64,000 bases of DNA, from positions 50,056 through 114,055 of the forward strand of contig JBKAGT010000006.1 of NCBI GenBank assembly GCA_046290495.1, given 5' to 3'. Within the stretch, counting starts at the first letter, position 1; the number at the start of each line of letters is the position of its first letter. Shown here in pieces: positions 56,254-64,000 of the stretch. This stretch comes from Chlorobiota bacterium. Lineage in GTDB: Bacteria > Bacteroidota > Ignavibacteria > Kapaibacteriales > UBA2268. The position numbers were made by a program, and so were the translations under genes. The notes beneath the pieces are model-generated. The model saw only the letters and a list, made by a program, of their open reading frames with translations, did no database searches and was not told the origin of the DNA.

Positions 56254-58617
56254 TTATAGTGGGAATCTGAAACCAGCTCTGACACCAAATGTTGACACAC
56301 TCCAATCTGCATCATCAACCATATTAGTAAGTCTGTTTGAATAGGTAGCTTCAAAGAAAGTCTGAGTGCTATTATAGACATTAATCCTAAATCCAATACC
56401 TATATTTGCTGCGATACCAATAGTATTTAAAGACGAAAGCTCAGTTTGAGGTAAATCTAAAGTATTAGTCTGATTCTCAAAAACATAGTCCTCTGGTATT
56501 ATTATCTCTTTCTCAGCTTCTATCGTACTACTGAGTGGAATATCGAATTGCAAACCACCATGTAAGTAAATATTGTTTGTCATTAGGTATTCAAGCCCAA
56601 TAACAACATTTGTAAACAGTCCTGTCAATTCAAAATTTACAGATTCTTTATAGTCGTCTAACTCACCTGTGTTGGGATTTCTTGTTGAGCTCGTTGTTGA
56701 ATCCGGTGCTTTTAGCTTACCGTCATAATTCATGAAATTCAAGCGTCCAATTAGATTGAGTTTCTCGTCTACTCTATACGCAGCCAATGCTCCAAACTCC
56801 ATAGAAGTGGATGCAATATCACTAAAAGTACCTTTAGATGTAATATTACCTGTATTACTGAAATCAGCGCTATGGTTCACATAGTTATAACCAATTGAAA
56901 CACCTATTTCCCACGGTATAGTTTCAGCACAGCTTACTTCGTGTCCTTCTTGTAGCTGATACTGATATCTATTGGCTACCTGATTGAATGTATAGCAGAG
57001 TGTATATTTTGATTTATTGCCAGCCATGTCAGTAGCTATTAATTTCACTGATTGGTTTTTCGAATATTTATTACTTCCAAAGTTACTTATTACCAATGGT
57101 GTACCTGGTTCATATTCTAAAGTCTCGAAATCAAAACCCGTGTTGTCCGTGAACTCGACATTTGCAACACCGCGGTCATTATTTCTATCATCTCTAATCA
57201 ATAGTTTGAACCCATCTGCACCGTTATCATAGTCAACTAGAGGAGCTTCTGTATCTGGTGCTTCTATGTATTCCATAAATGACTGGCCACCCAGTGAGCC
57301 ATAAGCATCATACCTATCATCACCAAAACCAAAGCCGTAACTTGTCATACCGAATGGTTCGCTACACTCTATTACGTGTGTTCCGTAATTTACACCAACT
57401 TGTGCAAATGAATAACGGCTATTGCCTAATTTCCTGAAGCTATTGACGTCAAGTCTAATTCCATTTAATCTAATTGATTCTAATGCATTAGTTGGTGCCA
57501 CTACATTCACGAAGTGCTCCCATGAGCCATCTACAGGGGTGGCGAATCTATACTTTTTCAAAAACTGCTGGGTAGGACTAATAAGCAACATCATTGGGTC
57601 ACCAATTCTATCACCATTGTCAAACCCTTGTGAAAATTGTGCCACAAGTACTGGGTTAGTTGCCGTTATTTGAACAGATTTTTTAGTTTCTCTTTCTAAG
57701 TGTTGACCAGCATTCAGCGTTCCAATAAGCTTGTTATTCTCAAAAACTTTTGTGCCATCTTCGTTTGCCAATACTCTATAATTGTAAAAACTTCTCTTTT
57801 TGAAAGCTCCTATGTAGAAGTGCTTACCCCAAGAATTCAATGGTGGTACTTGCTCAACCAAGTGATTACAAGCAATTACATCTGTTGGAACATAAGCACA
57901 CTGGTGCCCACTAAATACAGCTATTTTTTTGTTTGATTCAACAAGTGAGCCAGTCAAATCACAGTCATCAATACATTTTTCATAATTAGCTGCTGCAACT
58001 TGGTAAACATCACCTTTATTAAGTACCACTTTAAATGGTACACCTCTTTTGTGTCCACCATCAGTATCAACAGTTGGAGTTATAGTTACTTCTGTTTTGT
58101 CTTCAGTTGCTACTATTGCAAACTCTGCCATTAGTTTTATTGAAACATCATAACACATAACTCTATAGGTTTGCCCTAATACATTAACAGGAAATCCCAT
58201 AAATGTATCAGTAGTCAATTTCCTTCTGTTCAGACCATATACAGATATAGGAACATCTGAAGTAACGTGTATTCCTCTTCCACTCTCTATTATTTCTGAA
58301 CTAGTAACTTGTGCGAGATTAGATATTTGTATTGCTTTTACAGTGCCACCTTTAACAAAAATGTCCTCACTGAAACCAATGCTTTTAATTCTAATCTTTA
58401 CATTTGCATCCTTGTCAGAAGTTAGGAAAAGCTTAAGGTCTAATGGTGTTACATTCGGGTTGTCGCGCGTTGCATTATTATGATTTCGCATAAAACACAG
58501 CCAAAATTCTGTCCCTTCTGGGCTTTTTTCAGTTAATATTTTATCTCTATCAACTTGAGCGAAAGCAAAAAAAGAAGTAGCTATGATTAGTATTATTATT
58601 ATGGCAATCTTTCTCAT
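56254..58617 (-). CDS. secreted protein with IgGFc-binding-N-terminal-like domain and C-terminal outer-membrane beta-barrel-like domain (autotransporter-like architecture)
   Basis: 787 aa. Signal peptide. The N-terminal half is paralogous to the 35926 gene N-terminus (EFWLCFMRNHN.. / ..GDVYQVAAA). The C-terminal about 230 aa has alternating amphipathic strands ending ..STFGVRAGFRFPL. Confidence 0.75.
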   Translation of the reverse strand: MRKIAIIIILIIATSFFAFAQVDRDKILTEKSPEGTEFWLCFMRNHNNATRDNPNVTPLDLKLFLTSDKDANVKIRIKSIGFSEDIFVKGGTVKAIQISNLAQVTSSEIIESGRGIHVTSDVPISVYGLNRRKLTTDTFMGFPVNVLGQTYRVMCYDVSIKLMAEFAIVATEDKTEVTITPTVDTDGGHKRGVPFKVVLNKGDVYQVAAANYEKCIDDCDLTGSLVESNKKIAVFSGHQCAYVPTDVIACNHLVEQVPPLNSWGKHFYIGAFKKRSFYNYRVLANEDGTKVFENNKLIGTLNAGQHLERETKKSVQITATNPVLVAQFSQGFDNGDRIGDPMMLLISPTQQFLKKYRFATPVDGSWEHFVNVVAPTNALESIRLNGIRLDVNSFRKLGNSRYSFAQVGVNYGTHVIECSEPFGMTSYGFGFGDDRYDAYGSLGGQSFMEYIEAPDTEAPLVDYDNGADGFKLLIRDDRNNDRGVANVEFTDNTGFDFETLEYEPGTPLVISNFGSNKYSKNQSVKLIATDMAGNKSKYTLCYTFNQVANRYQYQLQEGHEVSCAETIPWEIGVSIGYNYVNHSADFSNTGNITSKGTFSDIASTSMEFGALAAYRVDEKLNLIGRLNFMNYDGKLKAPDSTTSSTRNPNTGELDDYKESVNFELTGLFTNVVIGLEYLMTNNIYLHGGLQFDIPLSSTIEAEKEIIIPEDYVFENQTNTLDLPQTELSSLNTIGIAANIGIGFRINVYNSTQTFFEATYSNRLTNMVDDADWSVSTFGVRAGFRFPL

Positions 58618-59300
58618 TTCATCACCATAAATCTTTGTTTCAATACTTTGAAATCTGTCTGAATAACTAGTAAATAAGCTCCAGCAGCAAGCGCATAGCT
58701 GTCATTTCTTAGCTCTAGTGTGTATTCTCCAGGCATTAGTAACTCTGTGCCATCGTATGTATTGCCTTCACTGTCAATGAGCTTGAAGTGCCTTTCTAAG
58801 CAATCTTCATAACAGAAATTACTTAGCATATTAGAACCACCAATATTATAAGTGGCTATCTGGATTCTAGTTGGTTTAGTTAGCTCTATTTTAGCTTGTG
58901 AAAACACATTAAACGGATTCGGATAGAAGTCAGAAATGTAAGATTTGTCGACTTCTTGTACTGGTTCAGGGATTGTAATAACACCTGAGTCAAAGTTTGT
59001 ATTTGCATTGCTCTGATTTAATGTAAAGCTAACTAGATTTACTTTGCTGTTTCATCTGTATGTAATATTTCGAATTGAATATAAAGTATACCTTCATCAG
59101 AGGTGAAAGCCATATTCAAAATTTATCTAAACTAGATGCTGAAATTTTCATTTTAACTGATTTACAAATGTTACACCTTGATTTCAGTACATTCCATGAC
59201 ATAGACTTCATTTCCAACATAAGCATTGTACTCTAACTCCAAATTGAAAGAGTTATCAGTATCTAAATAGATATAATCATCTATATCATTGATATAACAG
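58614..59300 (-). pseudogene. decayed T9SS-cargo gene remnant (orphan T9SS C-terminal domain preceded by frameshifted fragments)
   Basis: The 58614..58907 ORF begins with GTG and encodes only ..FYPNPFNVFSQAKIEL...LIDSEGNTYDGTELLMPGEYTLELRNDSYALAAGAYLLVIQTDFKVLKQRFMVMK (a T9SS CTD). That frame is open upstream to a TGA with no start. Further upstream, coding-like fragments (MAFTSDEGILYIQFEILHTDETAK; ..DDYIYLDTDNSFNLELEYNAYVGNEVYVMECTEIKV) sit in other frames. Confidence 0.5.
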
Positions 59301-60091
59301 TATGTTTATAATCTCTTTGGGTGGTATGTATGATGGAAAATGTTGTAGCAAGCCAAGATAACTAATTGAAAAATAAAATTGTATAAATGAGCTTCATATA
59401 TAACTTTTGTCGTTTTATTGTTCCTTTTATCTACAAAAATATAATATTTTGTATTTTTTATTTCTGTTTTTTCTTCTTTGCAGCCTGACAAAATATTATT
59501 AAGAATTAGTTGTAACCAGGAAATTTTTGTGCAAGTAAATCAGTTGGAGGTCACCAATGCCATGTCTATAATCTTCATGGTTTACCTATAAAATTATGGA
59601 CTGAATTACATGAATATCGGACTTCATTTGTTTCTCTTCAGCTAATATTGTAACTGATTTCTTAATCTTCTCTTTAGCAAATGTTGTTGTCCCAAATCAT
59701 GCACAATACCCGTGCATTGAGTTAGCAGTGGGAACAGGGTCATATTTTGCAGAAAATCCGAACAGAGTAAAGTAATCACTCTCAGGATTGTCAATGTATA
59801 ACGACATCAATGTCAGAATATTCATTTCGGCTGGGTTCATTCTTAGATTAAAATCCTTGAAAGAAATGTACTAGTTAATCAAGCTTACTCTGAGCATCTG
59901 GGTTTGGCATCGCCATCCATCATCGAAGCAAATTCTATCATTTCAGCCAGCGCAAGGCAATATCGTAAGAATCAGCAGAGCACAGCGAATAGAAATCACC
60001 ACGGCTACATATTCTTTGATTGTCTTGCTACGAAGCTTCATTGTGAAACTTAGAATACCGTTCGAGCATGTTTTCGTTGAGCTACTTGTTG

Positions 60092-60637
60092 TTACCAAGG
60101 GTAATTTCTATAATTCGCCCAGAACTTACCAACTGACCTGTGAAATCTCGTGTGCAAATGAAGCCAATCATAATCTTTTAGCTTTCCTTTTAGAACATCT
60201 TCGTCCCACACCATGTCATACTCCACCTCAGCATATTCCAAAGCCATACGGACGGCATCGTCCCACGGTTGTGTCCCTTTTGGTACATACACTGCTATTT
60301 TCGGTGTTTTTTCTAATTTCACTACGTCTTGGTTTACATTGTCCGCTTGCACTTGTGAGTATATTTCACTCGCATTTCCGTCAGATACTTGCTCAAAAGA
60401 CACACCTCTGATTCTACATTCCAGAACGATTTTTTCATTCATGTCCATCATAAATGAGCCATCGCGGTAGTTGAGTAACCAATCTACTGGCTGTCCATTT
60501 TTAATTACCCAAAAGGCAATCCCATATGCTTTCAGGTGGTTTGTTTGTGCCAAGTCCATTGGTATCAATAGTTTTTCAGCGCGAACAGCTCCAAGCGATA
60601 AGATTCCTATTAATAAATATAGTAATGTTTTTTTCAT
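60092..60637 (-). CDS. hypothetical secreted protein, probably a C-terminally truncated gene
   Basis: 181 aa. Signal peptide MKKTLLYLLIGILSLGAVRA. Downstream (59550..60091), further minus-strand coding-like fragments in shifted frames suggest the original gene was about twice as long. Confidence 0.5.
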   Translation of the reverse strand: MKKTLLYLLIGILSLGAVRAEKLLIPMDLAQTNHLKAYGIAFWVIKNGQPVDWLLNYRDGSFMMDMNEKIVLECRIRGVSFEQVSDGNASEIYSQVQADNVNQDVVKLEKTPKIAVYVPKGTQPWDDAVRMALEYAEVEYDMVWDEDVLKGKLKDYDWLHLHTRFHRSVGKFWANYRNYPW

Positions 60638-60735
60638 TTTATATGTTGTATTATTCTCGTTTTGACTTTGTACATGAATGAAACGATTATGTAATGAAAA
60701 TGTTAGGTTAGTAGGGAAGTTGTATTATCCTTTTA

Positions 60736-61629
60736 TTAGGACTTACTCTCAAAGTTTTTCACTACTGTCTGTACTTTTCGTAATTTCTTTATTTTGAATA
60801 ATTGGTAGAGAATGACAAGCAGCAAAATAAAAACAGCTACCGAAAGGTAAGAAATTATGTTTCCTCCTTGTTTATATGATTCTATCTTTGTTTGAGCAAT
60901 ATCTTCTTTGTGCTTTTCTTTTAGTTTTTTAATGTCTTCTCTATGCTCTTCTTCTAATTTTTCTATTTCCTCTCGATGCTCTTTATGTAATGAACTTCTG
61001 TTACTCCAAAGATATTCCTTATGATACTTCAATGCAGTCTTATAGTCACCAATTTCTATGTATGCTTCATGTAAAAATTTATCACTTAGTCCCATATAAT
61101 AAGGCATATCCAACTCAGAAAAAATATCTTTAGCTTTTAGAAGATTAGAAACTATATCTTCTAAAACATCATCATCACTTGACTTTAAAATCTCTAAGTT
61201 GTAGATTCCCATAACAGCATGACTTCTACCAAACTGAATTGAATCTTTTGAATCGATGCTAAGTTTCAAGGCTATTTTGCAAATTTCAATAGCTTTATAA
61301 TGATCTTCATAATAATTAGAATAGCAAGCTGCTAATGCAAAATAGCTATCTATTTCACCTCTAGACCAATTAATATTATTTGATAAATCAATTCCTTTTT
61401 GAGCATATTCGATACTTTTTTCAGGAATGGTGTCTTTTAATAATCTACTAAGCTCTATATAAACTTTAACTTTATTAGAATCAATAGTTATTGTATCTAG
61501 TTTGCTTTCCAGTAAACTATACGTTCTTTCAAAACTTGGAGGGTCCAAAGACAAAGCAGATAAATGATAGCTCTTGTCACTGCAATTAAAAAGGGTAATA
61601 AATAATATGGTAATTGCTATATATTTCAT
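60736..61629 (-). CDS. TPR-repeat lipoprotein with C-terminal coiled coil and TM anchor, hypothetical
   Basis: 297 aa. Lipobox LFNC. TPR-like repeats (YFALAACYSNYYEDHYKAIEICKIALKL..). EHREEIEKLEEEHREDIKKLKEKHKEDI, then a hydrophobic helix. Confidence 0.65.
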   Translation of the reverse strand: MKYIAITILFITLFNCSDKSYHLSALSLDPPSFERTYSLLESKLDTITIDSNKVKVYIELSRLLKDTIPEKSIEYAQKGIDLSNNINWSRGEIDSYFALAACYSNYYEDHYKAIEICKIALKLSIDSKDSIQFGRSHAVMGIYNLEILKSSDDDVLEDIVSNLLKAKDIFSELDMPYYMGLSDKFLHEAYIEIGDYKTALKYHKEYLWSNRSSLHKEHREEIEKLEEEHREDIKKLKEKHKEDIAQTKIESYKQGGNIISYLSVAVFILLLVILYQLFKIKKLRKVQTVVKNFESKS

Positions 61630-61758
61630 AATTCAAAGTTTCCTGTCATTGTCATATTATTGTTGACAAATAAGTTGAAAATAAGTTACAGATAGAGTAA
61701 TATACACATACTTTCATATATTTGCTGAAAGAAAATTATAAAACCATCGATTAATTTA

Positions 61759-62367
61759 ATGTTAGATTTATCACAGATTTTAGACTTAAAACGAAAAGTT
61801 GTTCTCGCTTCTGCTTCTCCGAGAAGAAAGAAGTTATTGGAGCAAGTAGGCCTGCAATTCGATATTATACCTGCTAATATAGATGAAGACGACATTGAAA
61901 TAAGCTCTCCTGAACAATTTGTCATTGAACTGGCTCGACGTAAGGCACTGCATATTGCGAAAAATCAAGCTACTCAGAACATAGTCATCGGTTCTGACAC
62001 AACTGTTTATCTTGGCGATGAGTTGCTAAATAAACCTGCTACGGAAAAAGAAGCGTATGATATGCTCACTAAGCTGAGTGGCAATACTCATCAGGTATAT
62101 ACTGGTGTGTCGTTTGTGGTCGATGAATTAGGGAAGGAAAGCACTTTCTACGTTAAGACAGAAGTTACTTTCAGGGAGTTGGGCGAGAAGGAAAAGATAG
62201 CATACATTGCTACTGGCTCGCCTATGGATAAAGCAGGAAGCTATGGAATACAAGATGACTTCGGTTCGGTGTTCGTAAGTAATATCTCTGGGTGCTATTA
62301 TAATATTGTGGGATTCCCACTTTCACGATTCTTCGAAGAAATAAAGAAATTTAATGCTGAATTATAG
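61759..62367 (+). CDS. maf: Maf-like nucleoside triphosphate pyrophosphatase (septum formation protein Maf)
   Basis: 202 aa. VVLASASPRRKKLLEQVGL. Confidence 0.85.
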   Translation: MLDLSQILDLKRKVVLASASPRRKKLLEQVGLQFDIIPANIDEDDIEISSPEQFVIELARRKALHIAKNQATQNIVIGSDTTVYLGDELLNKPATEKEAYDMLTKLSGNTHQVYTGVSFVVDELGKESTFYVKTEVTFRELGEKEKIAYIATGSPMDKAGSYGIQDDFGSVFVSNISGCYYNIVGFPLSRFFEEIKKFNAEL

Positions 62368-63235
62368 GAATAAGGAACGGCTCAATATAATGATATTGCT
62401 ATTACCGTGGTTGCTCACGTTTTTAGTATTTTGGGCGTACCCTATTGTCTATTCCTTTATTCTCAGCTTATCCGAATACAAAACGCTTACGAATGAGCTT
62501 ACATTCATCGGATTGGATAACTACACCTCGCTTTTCAGTGATGAGGTATTCCTCAAGGCACTCGGCAATACTCTGCTCTTTGTAGTAATTACTGTGCCGA
62601 TAACTACTACTTTGGCTACTTTGCTAGCAGTGGCTGTTGATCAAACCAATGGAAAGATAAAAGAGCTATTCAAAGCGGCTTATTTCCTACCTTCAGTGAC
62701 TTCGCTAGTTGTAGTGGCTTTGATTTTCAAGAATCTATACAGCAAAGATGGCTATATTAATACGCTAATGCAAATGGTTGGTGCAGAGGGGCAACCTCAA
62801 GGTTGGCTGCAATCTGTAGAGACAGCATTGCCCTCAATTATGGCAATGGATATATGGATAGCAACTGGCTACTATATGATTATTATCTTAGCGGGATTGC
62901 AGACCATTCCCAAAGATTTGTACGAAGCTGCTGAAATATCAGGTGCAACGGCTTGGCAAAAGTTTAAGAGTATTACTGTGCCTATGCTTCGTCCAACATT
63001 GCTGTTTATTTTGGTGGTAAATACTATCAAGTCATTCCAAATATTCATAGAGATATACGTAATGACTAAGGGCGGCCCACTGAACGAAACAGTGACAATG
63101 GTATATCTTGTTTACCGTGATGCATTCGAGAAAGCTGACTCTATGGGCTATGCTTCTGCAGTGGCTTATGTGTTATTTTTTATTATTTTGATAATCTCCG
63201 TAGTACAAATGAAATTATTAAAGGAAAAATATTAG
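62354..63235 (+). CDS. carbohydrate ABC transporter permease (MalF/UgpA-like)
   Basis: 293 aa, 6 TM helices. EAA-like loop (..EAAEISGATAWQKFKSITVPMLRP..). Alternative start ATG at 62390. Solute-binding protein and ATPase are not in the window. Confidence 0.8.
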   Translation: MLNYRNKERLNIMILLLPWLLTFLVFWAYPIVYSFILSLSEYKTLTNELTFIGLDNYTSLFSDEVFLKALGNTLLFVVITVPITTTLATLLAVAVDQTNGKIKELFKAAYFLPSVTSLVVVALIFKNLYSKDGYINTLMQMVGAEGQPQGWLQSVETALPSIMAMDIWIATGYYMIIILAGLQTIPKDLYEAAEISGATAWQKFKSITVPMLRPTLLFILVVNTIKSFQIFIEIYVMTKGGPLNETVTMVYLVYRDAFEKADSMGYASAVAYVLFFIILIISVVQMKLLKEKY

Positions 63236-63874
63236 ATGGAAGGATTTATATCAGCTGTTATTGGCTATCTGCTTGGCTCTATTGCTTTCTCCAAAATAAT
63301 AGTGAAGCAAGCAACTGGACTTGACTTATCGGTAGAGGGTAGCAAAAACACAGGGGCAATGAATAGCTTTGAAACTACTGGCAAAAAATGGATTGGAGTT
63401 GTTGTTTTTATACTCGATGCTCTGAAGGGTTATGCCGCTTGTATGATTGTTTACCATCTGTTTCCAGATGCGGAGAATATGATGACTCTGCTGTCCTACG
63501 CCGGTGTATTCGCTGTTATCGGTCACAACTTTAACCTATGGCTAAGAATGAAAGGTGGTCGAGGATTAGCAACTAGTGTTGGAGTATTGTTGTTTATTAA
63601 TCCATTGGCTATTCCACTATGGGGAATATGTTGGTTGATTTCATATTATGGAGTAAGAAAGCACGTTCACGTAGCAAATGCATTAGCTACAGTTGCGACT
63701 CCAATTATGGTATTAGTTACACCAGATTTGATGATAGAAATTACTACTTTAGTAGCTTTCGATGAAGCTGCTAGGTATTTCCAACTGGTATCTATTTTAT
63801 GTATTGTTATTTTCATGAAGCATATAGAACCGATACAAGAGTTATTAAAAGCAAAAAAATTATTCAACGAATAA
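63236..63874 (+). CDS. plsY: glycerol-3-phosphate acyltransferase PlsY
   Basis: 212 aa. GSKNTGAMNSFE and LDALKGYAA match PlsY signatures. Confidence 0.85.
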   Translation: MEGFISAVIGYLLGSIAFSKIIVKQATGLDLSVEGSKNTGAMNSFETTGKKWIGVVVFILDALKGYAACMIVYHLFPDAENMMTLLSYAGVFAVIGHNFNLWLRMKGGRGLATSVGVLLFINPLAIPLWGICWLISYYGVRKHVHVANALATVATPIMVLVTPDLMIEITTLVAFDEAARYFQLVSILCIVIFMKHIEPIQELLKAKKLFNE

Positions 63875-63892
63875 GAACACAGGATTTATATT

Positions 63893-64000
63893 ATGTCTAG
63901 ATTTTTTATGATTGATGGAATGTCTCTAGTTTTCAGAGCTTACCACGCTATGTTTCGCTCAGGTTTGTCCAATTCGGAAGGTGAGCCAACTGGTGCTGTG
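63893..64000 (+). CDS. polA: DNA polymerase I, N-terminal 5'-3' exonuclease domain (partial; continues beyond window)
   Basis: MSRFFMIDGMSLVFRAYHAMFRSGLSNSEGEPTGAV matches the PolA/FEN N-terminus (LIDGSSYLYRAYHA...GEPTGAV). Confidence 0.8.
   Translation, partial: MSRFFMIDGMSLVFRAYHAMFRSGLSNSEGEPTGAV

Noticed and set aside
1-64000. CRISPR arrays / regularly spaced repeats
   Set aside because: None found. The only repeated DNA is the paralogous coding cassette (21684..24632) and short coding low-complexity tracts (His-, Gly- and Asp-rich codon runs).

Overview
This 64 kb window is AT-rich and gene-dense. It appears to come from a type IX secretion system (T9SS)-bearing member of the Bacteroidota/Ignavibacteriota-like (FCB) group. 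The basis is at least five proteins ending in a T9SS C-terminal sorting domain, four TonB-dependent receptors with a CarboxypepD_reg N-terminus but no adjacent SusD, an ECF sigma factor, and frequent TTG/GTG start codons with overlapping stop/start junctions.

Most coding is housekeeping: dnaX, bcp, tatD-like, alkB, anmK, cdsA, ppx/gppA, menA, maf, plsY and a partial polA. There are also transporters: a MacAB-like ABC efflux trio, SulP, an Nramp-like protein, an MFS transporter and a sugar ABC permease.

The accessory-looking content is:
- an ECF sigma factor with an anti-sigma-like partner that carries a roughly 600 aa acidic region and a T9SS C-terminal domain;
- a cassette in which two tandem pairs of paralogous small beta-barrel-like proteins flank a T9SS-secreted beta-propeller;
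- a heavy-metal RND locus with a Cys-rich small protein, a 1446-aa CzcA–outer-membrane-factor fusion ORF and a His-rich CzcB;
- an ArsR/SdpI-like/lipoprotein-hydrolase operon with a perfect palindromic operator;
- two large IgGFc-binding-N-terminal-like surface proteins, one T9SS-anchored and one ending in its own beta-barrel;
- a roughly 1.5 kb zone of decayed coding sequence, including an orphan T9SS C-terminal domain.

Two ORFs (tatD-like and czcA) lack a stop codon and run in frame into a downstream signal peptide plus outer-membrane-protein domain. I found no rRNA, tRNA or CRISPR array.
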